Shown here: positions 27,178 through 44,285 of the stretch, piece by piece | Position numbering within the stretch: position 1 is the stretch's first letter | Layout: each line of letters begins with the position of its first letter | Source of the DNA: the human T2T-CHM13v2.0 reference genome, Homo sapiens | Direction: 5' to 3' (one strand) | Assembly: GCF_009914755.1 (NCBI RefSeq) | Contig: NC_060928.1 | DNA length: 64,000 bases | Translations under genes and position numbers: made by a program | The notes under the pieces: model-generated | Seen by the model: the letters and a program-made list of their open reading frames with translations, nothing else | What the model was told of the DNA's origin: nothing | Databases searched by the model: none

Positions 27178-27969
27178 GTTTGAAACTTTAGTTGTTTCAA
27201 AGTCTCAGATAATTTTTTATTTAATTTACTGTGTAGTAAGGAGATGGAATTGTATTGATCTGAAAGTTGTTGTTTCTCATAAGTGCTTCTAAGTAGGAGA
27301 AATGGGGTTATTGGTGGATGTGCAGAGTCAAGTCCCTTCTCTTACAGAAGAGATGTAAGCATGGGTATTTTTTAGTGACTATTGTGACTTCACTACCCAT
27401 CTGTTTTCTTCTTTTCATTACCTCTACTGGAGCCAACTTATAAGAAGTGTGTACATCTTTGTCCCATGAAGCTTGGATGAAACTGTTCACAGTAATTATC
27501 AGGAAAAAAAGGTGCCGTCCTGAAGTAGCAGCACAGTTAGTAGATGGGGCTCAGGCCTGGGCGTTTTCACTTCATAGTCTGCGTGGCAGCCAGGTGGTTG
27601 TGCTTTTCCAGTTGGAAGCAGGGTGGTCGGGGTGACCCAGTCTTCCTCTGGAAGACCCTTTCCATGAGAAGGATGTTATGAACAGCAAATTTTAATAATG
27701 GAGCTTGTCTAAAAAGAATAGCATACTTATAATATTCTTTTTGGTTTATTTCATCCACGTTCTTCCGTTAATAAATTTGGAAGAATTTATTAATTTTATT
27801 ATTAGTGGTACTTAATTGAAATGCTATTTGTAAAGAATTTTATTGCATATCAATAAAAACAAAAAACTGTTTTGAGAATTACATTTCATTCCAGATTCTT
27901 CCATAGATAGATAGTAAGGAGAGCTAAAAGTTAATGATTAGTGTAAAAGCAAGTTTATAAGTGCATTTA

Positions 27970-28303
<334 letters not shown>

Positions 28304-29929
28304 TTACAGAAATTTTCTCAAAATTAACATATCTCATCAACTTTATCCCATAAGTATGCTTCTTAGTTTGGTTAAAAATAATCAGGATATAGTTTTTGTC
28401 ACGTAAAAATCTTTGTCATTTTTTAATAGAAACAATAAAACAGGGCAACAGAGTGACACTTCTATCTCTAAAAAAGAAAAAAGAAACTTAATAAAATGGG
28501 ATGTAGTCCATTACAGCGTAAGAGCACAGTAGACCGGAGAGTGAGAGAGAAGTGAGGAAGTTATTTTACAAGTGTTAGGTCACATGCTTTTCATTCAGTT
28601 AAAGAGATCTGTTTGTAGAGGAGGAGGTAATGATATGGTACATTAGAAAAATACATTTGAGTGTTCAGATAAGAATTTCACTTTTATACTATCTGTTTTT
28701 ATCTGTTTCTTATCAAGAAAGGGCAGCTGAGTGATAGGAGAGAGTAACGGAGTGACACTCAAGTTTATCTGAATCTTGATCCCTAGCTCTGCTGCCCAGG
28801 AGCCTCTAACCCTGGGCCAGTCTCCAGGCTTTTCTTAATCTCACTCTCAACTGTTAAACTATGTAATTGGCTCGGATTATTTTAAAAATTCTTTCTTCTT
28901 CTGAGATTCTTAGATGTAGTAGTAGGGCCTTCTGTATTCCGTATTTTTGTTATTCTATAGAATTCTAGATCCCCAGATAGTTATTTAGGATGAAAGATGG
29001 GGATTGAATGTCCATGTAAGGACATAATATGCAGGGCCAATTTTTTAAAAACCTCTAAAATTTTTGATATGAGCTGCTGCTTCTCACCTTCGAAGTGATG
29101 CTTTAAATTTTAACATTTTCATACCTGTTATCCTCTTTCCTTATTTTAACTTCCTTTAGATTTACTTCTCTAGTGCTGAGAATTTTTTTTTTTAGAACTT
29201 TGTACAATGATGACATATTTGTCAATTAATTGGAATTCATCTCTAGTCAGACAATGTGCTGTAGTAGACCTCATCTGCTTTCTCTTCTCCTTTCTACGAT
29301 CTTGGAAACATTGCTTACTTGCAGTATTGTGCTTGGTTTCCAGAACTTCTTTAGGACTTGGGCCAACTTGAGGGTAGAAGTGAATTATTGACAGGCGCTT
29401 GCACTGAAGGACCTGGCTCCAGAGTGCTCACAGTTATCTGTTTGTCCAAGTCATATGGCAGTCAGGTAGGTAGGACTTCCAATCTCTTTTTGCTCTTTGA
29501 TATCTTAAATCAGTCGTTCCAAGTGGTCTTCTTAGTTGAGCACACTGACAAGCAGGGGTTTTGTTTTTTTTTCTTCTCATGATTTTCCAGTAACTGAAAA
29601 GATGAAGAGAAAGATTCCACAATTACAGTAGAATCACGTTGTATTATGTGATGATGGCCACAGTGTAAAACAGACGGAAACAGTGCAGAAAGAAACATGT
29701 TGGTTGTCTCATTGCGGTTCATGTAGCATGACACATTTCAGGATAGGAGTTGTCCTCTGCATCTCCATTTCCATTCCCCCTAACCTCTATAAAGGCAGAT
29801 GTTGGGGTTCAATTCATTTCACAAAATTCTAGAGTCAACAAAAAACTACCAAGTTTGATGAGAGGCATCTTAAATGGCTTGTCAGTAAAAATTCCTTGCT
29901 AAAACTCCCTTCAAATCTAGTGACTCTTT

Positions 29930-30235
<306 letters not shown>

Positions 30236-33200
30236 TTAAATATGATGCCAGGTATATGGTATCATCCTCAAATAATTGCTTTCAATCCTCTTTCTTAAAA
30301 TATTGACTATAGCAAAGCTGCCAACAACTTTTGAGTTTTTCAAACTTTCCCGGCAAATTAGCAAACAAAATTCTTACGGCTGTGTATATGAGAAATCTGG
30401 GACTTGCCACACATATTTGTGAATCATTGTTGCTCTGGTGGCAAGAGAAAACTTGCCATGTCTTTAAAGTATACCCCTTACACACTGAAAAGGAACTGAA
30501 ACAGAGCACTTCAGAGTCAATTGTGCTTTACAGTTTCATATCTTGAAATTTGAATTCAGAAGAAATTCTCTGTACTGCTTTAGAATCACCAGGATGATTC
30601 TAAATGAGTATATCCATTTTATGTACATTTTTAGATGAGATAATTCTATTAAAAAAGGGAAGTCCTTAGATTGTCTGTGGTAGTTACTTAACAAGAAAGT
30701 AAGTACAGAAACTTGAGTGCATTGTTCCCTGGTGAGCTGCTTCACATAGATAAGCTGACCATGATTTTATGACCAGTCTTTATTTATAGCAGTTGGGATT
30801 ACTGACTAGGAAATATAAAAATAGTCACAGATTTAGAGAGAGATATGCTAAGGCAACAGACCAAAGAATTCTGAAGAGTATAATAAAAGGTCATTAAAAG
30901 TAAGCGTAATGCAGGTTTGTAGGAATGGAAAGAATGTTTCTCACTGCTGCTCCTGGAAACAGTGTGAAAACCACTCTACCCTGATGCTACTTAATAGAAA
31001 ATGTAGCAGTTGGACAGGTTGAATGAAGTGGGTAGAGAGAAAAAACAAACCCTAGTCAGCTGATGGTCTTGTGCTTTGTGACAAGCTTCACAGAGAGGTC
31101 GTAAATGGTTGGGTGTGACTCTGATGGGTTGGGTATTGTGGTCACACGTTCTTCTGCGCTTCCTGCATTCCTTCCCTTTTTACTGATTTTTACGTACCAT
31201 GAGAATTTTTCTTTGACTAGTTAGAAGAGTTTATTTCTGCTGGCTGAGGGTAGAGATTTTGAGATATAATTCCAGACTGATAAGAGTGAATGAATCAAGG
31301 AATGCAGTGTTGTGTCTGATTTAGGGTTCAAGAACATTTGTCTTTTCCCTCTGAGGATACATCACTTACTAGGAATAAATCAGCAATCTTAATATAGGAG
31401 ATTTTCATAGACGCTAACAACTGACATCAGCTTTTGTCTCGGTCATATTTGGATAAGCATTGATGACATAACAGGGTAAAGCACTTGTTATTAATCACCA
31501 TAGCTAACTGTGTCCAGAATGACAGTGTTCCAGGCAGAAGATGAGGTTAATCCAGCTCTGGAGTCTGCAGGCCAGTCACTGACTGGGCAGCTTCTGAAGC
31601 CTTTTTTCCTCAAGTTCTGCTCAGCTCTGTGCTGAAGCGGAATGCTGGCTGAACTGGTCCCCACATCCCTGGTTCTCCTGTTATGACTCCTGTGGTGAGT
31701 CAGGCTCTGGCTTAGCCTTATCCTTTTATTGTTACAGTAACAAAAGCCAAATAATTGCTGAACAGTGATGTAGCAAGCCCTGGTGGGAATTGGAGAGAGC
31801 AATAACTTGTGACCCATCTAAGATTATAACTGTCAAAAGTCACCAAAGAGAATCCACCCTGTGGGTTATAAAAACACCCAAGGTTCCTGGGAATATTCTT
31901 ATCTTTTATGAGTTCCCAAGGGGATATTTAGGTATCAGGTGTACACCCATCCATCAGCCTTATGTCTTTAAGGGTTTAAGAAAGGTTTTTTAAAAAAACT
32001 ACTTTAGGTTTTTACAGAACAGATGTGAATGAAAATCCTTTTTTCTCACTATGCCATATCCTTTCACTTTCATGCCTCACCCTGTCCAAAGGCAGAAAAA
32101 GGAACTTAGTTAAGCTATTTTCCCACTTACTGATTTTCAGCTCTAGCATATGAGAACCTAGACTTAATACCAGATAAAATGGAAGGGACTTTGACTTGGG
32201 GATCTTCTCTACCCTGATTTTATGATCTGAGGGTCTTCTCTGCCTTAAAATCAGTGTCTTTGGGCACATCATTTCATCTCTCTGTTTTTGTTTTTTAAAT
32301 AATAATAATTAATAATAATAATGATGGTAGATTGGAATGGTGTTTCCTGAGCCTCAACTTCAGATCCACTGAACCGAATTCCTAGAGGTAGAGCTTGTGA
32401 AGCTTTGTTGATTACACACACACACACAAACACACACAAAACTTCTGGGGTAATTCTAACAATGAGCCAAACAACTTGGAACCAGTGGACAGGTAGTGTC
32501 TGAAGTCCCTTCCAGCTAACATTCTGATAATCTGTCAGTGATCCATGAGTCCCGAAGTTAGAGAAATATAAAGGCTGGGCCTTGGGTAATCAGGGGAGTT
32601 AAAACTAGCTCAGTGGTAATCTTTTCCCATGTGAGCGAACAAGCCACGCGGGTGTTTGAGGAAGTACATTTTCAACAGAGAGAACAGGAAGTACAGAGAT
32701 CTTAAGGCAGGAACATGCCTGGTGTGCATCCTAAAAAGAATATTGCCTCAGGGCAAAGATGATTTGGATTCAGAAAGTAAATGATCCTTCGTGGGAATGT
32801 GAATGGGGTGGAGGTGTACTGGTGGATGGTTTAGCGGCTGCACACTGTGATATGAGAGGGAGGCAGAGGTCACTGCCCCTAATATCTTTCCCACTGGACC
32901 TTGCTTGATGGCAAAAACTCCTATTATTAAATTCTCATTTCTTTCTATTTAAGCATTATTCTCTCTAGGCAGTAACTAATGTCTTACTGTGAACTATCTT
33001 AGGGGAACATTCCCCTCTGTCAGTAGGAGCAAGACCACATGTGACAGTTGGGTACATTCTGTAGAGCAGTGTGTGAGGACTGACCCTCCTTTTTCCAGCC
33101 GGGTAGATAGAACAAGGAGGAGACGGCCTGTAATTCTGCTGAACAGGGACAGACTTGATAGCTACATCTGAAGCTCAAGTTATGTGTCCTTGGTTCTCAT

Positions 33201-33344
33201 CTTTACAGGGTATTCTGTAGCTGACTGTAACAGACAAAAGTGATCTTCAGAAAATAATCCTGTCACAAATTTTTAAACCAGTGCTTATTCCTGAAAGTTT
33301 CTATATCTTAAAAGTTCCTTTGACAACTGAAATTAAAAGAATTT

Positions 33345-34815
33345 TTTCCTTCAAAAAAATTTTAGAGCAGTTTTAGGTTCACAGCAACATTAAGCAGAAA
33401 GTACAGAATTCCCATGTACACCTTGCCCCCACAGTATCAACATCCCACACCACAGTGATATATTTGTTACCACTGAGGAATCTGTATTGACACATCTTTA
33501 TCACCCAAAGTCCATAGTTTGCATTAGGGTTCATTCTTGGTGTTGTGTATTCTATAGGTTTTGACAAAAGTATAATGACATGTATCCACTATTCATACTA
33601 GATAGTTTCACTGCCCTAGAAATCCTCTGTGCCTTGCCTATTCATCCTTCCCTCCCTCTCTAACCCCAGGCAACCACTTGTCTTTTTACTGTCTCCATAG
33701 TTTTGCCTTTTCCAGAATGTCATTTGATTAGAATCATACAGTATGTACCCTCTTCAGATTGGCTTCTTTCACTTAGAAATACACATTCAAGGTCCCTTCA
33801 TGTCTCTTCGTAGCATGGTAGTTCATTTCCTTTTTAGCACTGAATAATATTCCATTGATTATCTCTTTGCGTACTGAAGGATGTCTTGGTCGCTTCTATG
33901 TTTTGGCAATTATGAATAAAGCTCCTATACACAGCTGCAGGCTTTTCAGCTCATTTGGATAAATAACAACAAGTCCCTTTGCTGGATTGTAAGGTAAGAG
34001 TATGTTTAATTTTGTAAGAAACTGCCAAACTCTTCCAAGACAACTGCACCACCAGCAATGGGTGAGAGTTTCTGTTGCTCCACATCCCCACCAGCATTTG
34101 GCATTGTCAGTGTTCCAGACTTTGGCCATTCTAATAGGCATGTAGTAGTATCTCTTGTTGTTTAAATTTCTGTTTCTCTAATGACATACAATGTGGATCA
34201 ACTTTTCATATGCTTATTTGCCATTTGTATTATCGTTGGTGAGGTGTCTATTCAGGTCCTTTGCCCATTTTTTCATCAGTTGGTTTGATTTCTTACTGAG
34301 TTTTAACTGTTCTTTATTTTGGATAAAACAGTTCTTTATCAGATATATTTTTTGGGAATATTTTGTCTCAGTCTGTGGCTTGTCTTCTCATTCCCTTGAC
34401 AGTGTCTTTCTTAGAGCAGAAGTTTTTAATTTTAATGAAGCCCAGCTTCTCAATGATTTCTTTCGTAGACCACGCCTTTGGTGTTGTATCTGAGAATCCT
34501 TCGCCATGCTCAAGGCTGTCTGTATTTTCTCCTGTGTTGTCTTCTGTGAGTTTTGTAGTTTTGCTTTTTACACTTAGGCTTGTAAGCCATTTTGGGTTTA
34601 TTTTTGTGAAGGATGTAAGGTCTGTGTCGAGATTCTTTTTTTTGCACCTGGATGTCCAGTTATTCCAGCACCATTTGTTGAAAAGACTGTCTTTGCTCCA
34701 TTGTATTACTGTTGCTCTTTTGTCAAATATTGATTTATATTTATGTGGATTTTTTTCTGAAGTCTCTATTCTGTTCCATTGATCAGTTTCCCTATTCTTT
34801 TGTCAATGCCACACT
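33345..34815 (-). mobile_element. Old L1M (L1MC1-like) 3' fragment
   Basis: tttagagcagttttaggttcacagcaa 3' end and ORF2-derived ccagttattccagcaccatttgttgaaaagactgtc; minus-strand ORF 33896-34141 resembles the L1 ORF2 C-terminus. Confidence 0.8.
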
Positions 34816-35981
34816 TCCTCCTTCTCCTCCTCCTTTTCTTCCTCCTCCTTCTCCTCCTTCTTCTTTTAAGAGATGGAGCCTCACTCTGCCCAAGCTGGAG
34901 TGCAGGTTTTTACACCTCAGAAGGACATGCAGAGGAAGGTCCTGGAAGGAAGAGAATGTTATCCTAACTTGTTTGCTACTGGTATCAAGGTGATAGTGCA
35001 GTCGAGTTGGATGAGCACAGAATTTAGAGCCAGGAGACTGATTTTAGTCCTGACTTAGCCACTTACTGGACATAACCTTGTTAAAGTCTCCTAACTTCCG
35101 TGTAAAACGTTATATAATACAGACTCTCACAGGACATTTGAGAAGGTCAGCTCAGTTGAATTCTGTAAAAGTGTTTGGTAAACTCTAAAATATTAGGCAA
35201 TTATTTGTGCATGTGCTGTGCAGTTCTTATCACCAGCCTTCCCCTGCCTACATGCAAACACCAGACCTTCTGGAATTGGTGTCTCTAGGCTCTGCATGAA
35301 TTATGCAGTAAAAAAGGCAGTTATTTAATATGATGGGAATCCATCTGATACACCACTAGAACAGCAATCATAAACTGAAAGACATACATGGGTTTAATCA
35401 ATGAGAAAAGGGGTTGCTTTTTTAGAGAGAAACTTTCTCCTGTCTTTGGGGGAGGGAGGGGATGAAGGACAGGAAAATGTAGTGTACAAGTGTTGAGAAG
35501 AAAGCTCAATAAATGCCATTGTCTAGGCCAAACTACATATTTGAAAACTGAATCTGAATGCCTGGAATTCATTAAGGTGGTTTCCCTGTAGGAGTTCACC
35601 CACTGCCTCATGCTTTAGCTACCAAGAAGCCTCTTAAAGGAAACAGTAGTTAAGGGCTTGTCTTAAAGCAATGATAGATTCTTTGGGTTTAAAAAAATAG
35701 GGTGTTCCTGTTGTAGTCCTCATCTTTGTTGTTTGTTTTTACTTTTTCAAGAGACAATACAGTCACACGGCTTAATATTCAAAAGGCACAAAATTGTGGT
35801 GCATGTTTAGAGCACAGTCAGCGTGCCTGACTCCGTGTTAAGTGCTTTACATTTAGTCACCAAAACAGCACTTGTAAGGTTGGTACTATTATATTATCTC
35901 CATTTTGCAGATGAGGCTGTTGAGGAACAAAGAGATTAGGTAACTCACCAAAGTTACATAGCTAGGAAGAGGCAGAGGTAG

Positions 35982-36417
<436 letters not shown>

Positions 36418-37250
36418 CAGTAATCCAGCTTTCTACTCCAGAGTCAACTAGTATTACCAATTCATTGTTTTTCTTCTAGAGATAGTCTATACGTGTATAA
36501 TAAAACCCAGAGTTCTTTACCTCCAATTTTTCCTTTTTCTAGACTTATGGTAGCTTTCTATACACAATATTTTATACTTATTTTCGTTCCAGTCAAAAAT
36601 ATGTCTTGGAGTTTATTACATACTTACCTAAGGAGCTTCCTTATTCTTTGCTGTGTCAGTATAGCACTCCCTTGTATGGATGTACCATAATTTATTTAAT
36701 CATCCTGCTGACAATTTGTTTCCAAACAGTGCTGCAGTCATTACCTTTTTGTACATAATCATTTTGTGCCTGTGCAAATTAATCTGTAGGATTCATTCCT
36801 AGAAGTGAACTTGCTGGGTCACGAGTATATATATATATATTTATTTTAACCTATCTCTTTTAGAGATAGTATTTTACAACCCAAAATAGGTGACAATTGT
36901 CTATTTATTTTGGTTCTTTCATCTTGCAAACGAGAGACCTTACACAGAGAATCATGCTTTTGACCTCTGGAAACTTCTTGGAAAATGGAAGTATTACCTT
37001 ATCTGCATACGGTTTAATTAGATCTAGAAGTGAATAACATATAAGGCAATGTCTTGGGTATTTACTTTGAAATTTATTCCGTTGTCTATTATTAGTATAT
37101 GATTTCCCAAAATGAGGGAGGGGAAAGATATGAAATCATCTTGATGCATGTTACCTTTTATAATTGCAGACCAATATGTATTTCAGTAATCCAGGAATAT
37201 AATAATGTGTTGACGGCTTTGATTATGCTGACAAGGGTGTAAAAGAATTA

Positions 37251-37619
<369 letters not shown>

Positions 37620-37749
37620 TCAGTTTGGCTATTTTTAAGTACAAGTAGTTTCTAGTTTATAGATATCAGAAAAGAATAAATAATGTGCATTTAAGAATTA
37701 AGGGAACCATTTTGGGGAAAAATGGGCCATTTATAGAGATTCTATGGGG

Positions 37750-37874
37750 GTTTTTTGTTTTGTTTTTGTAGAGTCAGAATCTCACTATATTGCTCAAACT
37801 CCTGGATTCAAGCGATCCTCCTGCCTTGGCCTCCCAAAGTGTTGAGATTACAGGCATGAGCCACTGCACCTGAC
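37750..37874 (-). mobile_element. Alu monomer (FLAM-like)
   Basis: Reverse left arm. Confidence 0.7.
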
Positions 37875-38246
37875 CTCTGTGGGTTTTTTAAGCAGAAAAA
37901 AGGAAGGAACTATTAATAACAGCAACAACAACATCAGAAGGCAAGGGGCAGAGTCTTGACTGCCACAGTGACCTGCCCACTCAGTGTCCCTCTCACCTCA
38001 AAAGAACTTGTACTTTTCTCCTTCAGATTTTGTGAGCACCTTTTGAAAGTTCTGTTGATTAGAGTTGTGTTGATATTAAGATGCTTATCAAAGACAGATT
38101 ATGTTTAGCAGGTTTAAGGGATACCATGTAGTAATAATGTAGGTTAATTCATTAAGATTGCTTTCCTTTTCGTACCTGGCTGAGATCATCTATTCTAAAT
38201 CACACTGTGCACATTTAATAGATAACTTGGGATTATAATATGTTAG

Positions 38247-38597
<351 letters not shown>

Positions 38598-41544
38598 CCC
38601 ACCCCTTCCTTTTATAGAGGAGGAGACACTGGATTAAGAGGTGAAGAAGTGACTGAGATGGGACTGTGGGATGGCTGCCTCCAGCCTAGGCAATCTGACA
38701 TCCCGTGCAGTGCTCCGCTATTTTGTCTATGCTGTGGTGGCCCCAGGGCAGTGGCATGTGGGTAGTGGTGCTGTAAGTGCCACACACAAACTTCATCTGT
38801 TTTAGAGTTTCACTTGATGTGATCCTGAACTCAGAAAGGAAGGAAGAAATTCTGTCTTTTCCTCTCTGTACTTTGTAGTTCCTTGTTCATAGCACCCAAA
38901 CCTTAGGCTGTATTGTGACACATACGATAATGTTTTGTCACTGCCGTGTGAACACATTATTTAAAGACTTATGTGGTTTTAACTTGTGACCTTTGCTACC
39001 ATTTACATATTGTTTTAGTGGCAAGGAGGGGGAAAACAAGTTCAGAGCTACAACTAACCTACTTACACATAAACTTTTGGCTGTTATTTTTGTTAGAGAT
39101 CAGTTATATTCAGGAAAATATGGGGAACCTGAAAGTTATTTCAGTCTTTTGTCCTTTTCTCAGACATGGTAATCACTAAAGTGATCAACAATGCTTTATC
39201 CTATAATTCCAAAATCCTAAAATTTCTGGAAAATCTTTTGGAATTAATCTGAACTGATGTGAGGCTGTTTATAGTCTCTATCTAATCCACTTAGCATAAG
39301 TATTCATAACTTGGGCTGGTGAAATATTAATTTGTTTGTTTTGGGGGTTTGATTACATCTCAGCCCCTGGAGGAAGTATTATGTAATATGTAGTGTAGCA
39401 TCTTTCTGATTTCTAAAAAAAATTCTGAATTCTGAAACATCTAGCCCCAAGGCTCTCAGTTAAGGAATTGTGTATCTGAGTAGATCTTTGAATTATGCTC
39501 TACAGCTTTAAAAGTGCTTTCATAACTTAATCTCTGTTTTTCCCAACAGCCTTGTGAGGTAGATAAGGCAGATGCATTTTGGGAAAGCTCAGCGCTAGGG
39601 TTGGAGCATTCTAAAATCATCTGGGTTGAAGGCAGCAGAGCTAGAGTTAGAAGCCCTGTTTACCCTGGTGAATCCTAATCCGTGTCCCAAGCATCATGTC
39701 TTCTGTGACTCACATCCATCACTCACCCAACTGTGTGGACTTGACCTCTTTATCCTGTAGAGTCCCCATAAGTCCCTATAGACATTTATCTTGGCACCTG
39801 TAAAAATATAGTTAACTTAATATTTATATGTTGGCCTTTCCCTTCCCAGTTGTAAGCATATTGAGGTAAATACTGGATATAGTTAATTTCTGTTCCTGGT
39901 ACCTTTCATGGTGCCTGTGTGAAGCCACACACTCAAAGGTGTGCAGAAGGAATGAACTCAGAAGTATGGTTCCATGCTTTTGCTGCTGATCAAACATATT
40001 TATTCTTTCATTCCACATTTTCCTTTACAAAAGGAATAAAGGATTTACATATCACCTACTTTCTTAAAGATGGAAGAATTGTAACCAACATGCAGTATAG
40101 CTCTGTGTTGGTAATATAACAGTGGACTACATTTAATTGGAATTGTTTGTAAATTAATATTAATATCTTTATGTTATCAATATATATTAAAGCTTCTGAT
40201 AAGAACTTTAAGCACTTTTCACTATACTCCTGACCACAGGATAGCAACTCAGTGGTGATTTTTTATGCAGTTCCACTGAAATTGCTCCAGGCAATTCACA
40301 CAGCTGAGGCTGTATAAGTGCAAAATAGGGGAAGAAAGGAGAGCCAACACAGTCTTCCTGAGAGTACTAACATAGCAAAAGATAAATGAATTCCAAATCT
40401 GTTACTGCCATCTATTTACGTAAGTTTTTTCTTGAAATAAACAGCTTTTACTGGGTGGGAAATAATGTGTATTTTGTGCTGACAGGGTGAACTCTCATTG
40501 CTATGTCAAGCTTAATTTTCCCTTTTCTTCCACCCCCAGTCTTCATTTATTTTCAGGGTGTAACTCTTTGGGTCTCCCCACTCTTCTTGAGCAAACCTTT
40601 TGAGAGATTTCTGTTTGTACTTAGAAGGTGTTTTTTGAGAGAATAAGGAAACGGTGGAGGTTGGCAGAGAAAAAAGAATATAGAATAGGGTTAAAGAGTG
40701 GTTGGAAAATGTAACTGCGTTTCATAGGAGCAGGGTTATGGTTTGCTCATTGCTTTATCTCAGAATGCTTGCCAAGTAGTAGGCATACAGGAATTGCTGG
40801 TTAAATGGATAGTATTTTTGCCAGTTTTTGTTGTCATCATTATTGTTTGTTTTTGTTTTGTTTCATTTTGCCTTTTCTTGGACCATTGAAAGTTTCCTAT
40901 CATTCCTGACTGTTTAAATATTTACCTTCTTGGATCACAAGACTGTTCTTTAAACTCTTTATGTAAACTTATTTTTGACTGTGTGGGGAGGCTTCCTTGT
41001 GTGAGACCAGGAGGAAAAACAGAGATCATGCTTTTTCCACATGGGGATACCCATGACCACTTCTACTCTGATTCCTGTAAAAGTTCAAGAGAAGAAACAA
41101 CACCCACACTAGAACTGGTCTCAAAGGATATAGCAAATCACCCTGCAACATGTTATACAACTACTGCTCTTTTGCTTATTGGCCATTACTCCTTGAAACC
41201 CAGGATTTACAAGTCACTACTACCTCTGCATTTGCCCTGAAAATGGTCTTCTCAAATCACTTTAGTTCTCTTCCTAAAACACAGGTCAGATCGTGTCATT
41301 CTCTTTCTTGAAATCTTGGAATTGGCACACCACAGCTTGTAGAGCAACAGATGCATTCCTTGGCATAAAATTTAAAGTCCTTCACAAGTAGTCCTCAGGT
41401 GCCTTTCTAGCCTCATTTGCTGTGTGGTTCTTCTGTAGGAGACACATCCCAAGCACCCAGTGATACTGTCTTTTTGTGTTTGTGCTGTGCCCTCAGTCTG
41501 CAGTGACTTCCCTGTTCATTATTCCTTCTGTGTCTTTGTCCAAA

Positions 41545-41722
41545 ATTTTCTCCTTCTTAGGAGGACACCAGTCATTGGATTAGGGTGCCTACTAATTCAG
41601 TATGGCCTCATCTTAACTTGATTATATCTGCAGAGACCCTGTTTCCAAGCAAAGTCATATTCACAGGTATAGGAATTAGGACTTGAACATATCTTTTTTG
41701 GGGACACAATTTAAACTACAGT
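41545..41722. mobile_element. MLT1 (MaLR) LTR fragment
   Basis: ggacaccagtcattggattaggg...cctcatcttaac...atctgcagagaccctgtttcc...ggggacacaattta is a typical MLT1 terminus. Confidence 0.7.
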
Positions 41723-42584
41723 ACATGGCTCTAGATATTTTAAAGAGAATTCTGTTTTCTGTGTTTCAGATCACTTGAACTAGTGTCTGTCATGTTTCAG
41801 GGAAGTAACTGAGACTTTGGTTCCTTGCTTTTCTAATCTTGATGAGTAGTTTCAGAAATGAGGCCTGGCTTCAATGCTAACCAGGCAAATCCTGGCATCA
41901 TGGAATTTTAAAACCAAAAAGAGTCTGTATAAGTCATTTTGCTTAAATTTTACAATAAGAAAAGGTAGACAAATCATCTTCTCTTACTGTGCCTGAAGGC
42001 ATAAAGTGGACATAAATAATACCCTGATGCCAAGGACAGTGTTCATTCTTTATGTTCAGCAAAAACAGAAATGAAATAATTCAGATTAGAATACATTTCC
42101 CTGAAGTGGTCAGCTATTTTTAGGCAAAAGCCCCAAGGCTTGTTTTCATACCCCTTTTGAATCATGCCGAGTGGCCCCAGTCATATGAAGAGATGTCATC
42201 AGTAAAGCACCAGGAACTGTGGTCAGTGCTCTTGGAAGCTCCACAGTAACTGTTGGTTGAATGTAGAAGTGAATGTGAATATGAAGAGAATATGTGTGCC
42301 ATGGAGCTACCAATAGCTCAAGTCCTGTGTATAAGGGATGGCAGGGAAAGGGGCTGGGAGTGTGCTGGGAATTTCCATAGATTATCTCTTTTAATCTTCA
42401 CAACAGGACCTATAAGTACTCCTAGGGGAGAAGTTCCCAAAACTATAAAACCGGTGGGAAGCAGAGCTGAGATTTGATCCCAAGCCTGTCTCATTCTGAA
42501 GCACTGGTGGCCTTTGTCCTGCTTCTGTTTCCTTTACCAAATTATGCAACTGTTTTTTCCTCTACTAATACTAAAATGTCAGTG

Positions 42585-42848
42585 TCTCACCGCACTTTGG
42601 GAGGCTGAGGCGGGCAGATTGCCTGAGCTCAGGAGTTTGAGACCAGCCTGGGCAACATGGTAAAACCCTCTCTCTACAAAAAATACAAAGAAATTAACCA
42701 GGCATGGTGGCACATGCCTGTAGTCCCAGCTACTTGGGGGGCTGAGATGGGAGAATTTCTTGAGCAGGAGGTTGAGGCTATGGTGAACCGAGATGGCGCC
42801 ACTGCACTCCAGCCTGGGCAACAGAGCAAAAACCTGTCTCCAAAAAAA
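42585..42848 (+). mobile_element. Alu (AluJ-like, 5'-truncated)
   Basis: gcactttgggaggctgagg...ctgtctccaaaaaaa. Confidence 0.85.
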
Positions 42849-42927
42849 GGAAATGTCAATGTCAAAATTATATTTATGTATTAAACCAAAGACAGTATTC
42901 ATATGTAAGAAGAATAGAGTTTTCCTC

Positions 42928-43550
42928 TTTTTTTTTTTTTTTTTTTTTGAGATAGAGTCTCCCTGTGTTGCCCAGGCTGCAATGCAGTGATGCGATCTCA
43001 GCTCACAGCAGCCTCGACTTCCCGAGCTCAGGTGATTCTACCACCTCAGCCTCCGCACTCCAGTAGCTGGGACTACAGGTGTGTACCACCGTGCCCAGCT
43101 AACTTTTTGTATTTTTAGTAAAGATGGAGTTTCACCCTGTTGCCCACAAACGCCTGGGCTCAAGCGATCAGCCGGCCTCGGTCTCCCAAAGTCCTGGGAT
43201 TACAGACATGAGCCATTGTGCCTGACCGTTTTGTTTTGTTTTGTTTTTGTTTGTTTGTTTAACAGACGGGATCTCACTCTGTCACCAAGACCAGAGTCGG
43301 AGTGCAGTGGTATGATCATGGCTTACTGCAGCCTTGAACTCCTAGGCTCAAGTGATCCTCCCACTTCAGCTTCCTAAGTAGCTGGGACTACAGGTGTATA
43401 CCATCACAACCAGCTAATTTTTAAAAAATTTTAAACAGTCTGGGTCTTGCTATGTCATCCAGTCTTGTCTGGAATTCCTGGGCTCAAGAGATCCTTTTTG
43501 CTTCAGCAACCTAAGTAGCTGGGATTACAGGTACGAGCCACTGTGTCCAT
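42928..43550 (-). mobile_element. Two tandem reverse Alus (~42928-43227 and ~43230-43550)
   Basis: Two poly-T-led reverse dimers. Confidence 0.85.
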
Positions 43551-43990
43551 CACTCGTATCTTATAAAATACTTTTAAAGCATTTGGATCAAAAAATGAGA
43601 CAATCTGAAATACATACTTTTCCCCTCTGTGTCTTTTTAAAAATTTTTAAATTAAAAAAATTATTTTTAGACTCCTGAATCAGAACAATTGTCCATGATT
43701 TTTATTTCCATCCTTTTTTCATTGAAAAATAACATGAAACATTTAATAAGGTGTTATGATCATGATTAAATTTTATCTCTTCTAAAGTAGCTGTTTTCAG
43801 TTTGATATTTGAATATGTGTTATTCTTCAAAAATAAGGATTGAACAACTTGGTTATAAATTATAATGCTGTCTTGGCAAAATGTAATTATTAGGGCAAAA
43901 TTCATTTAAAAGAAAATGCAAGGCAATTAAATCTGATTTTTTTTACTTTTAACAAAATCAACATATGTACTATGTTATAATAATATATAG

Positions 43991-44285
<295 letters not shown>

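Noticed and set aside
33896-34782. L1-like ORFs
   Set aside because: Degenerate fragments of an ancient truncated L1M; no intact ORF2.
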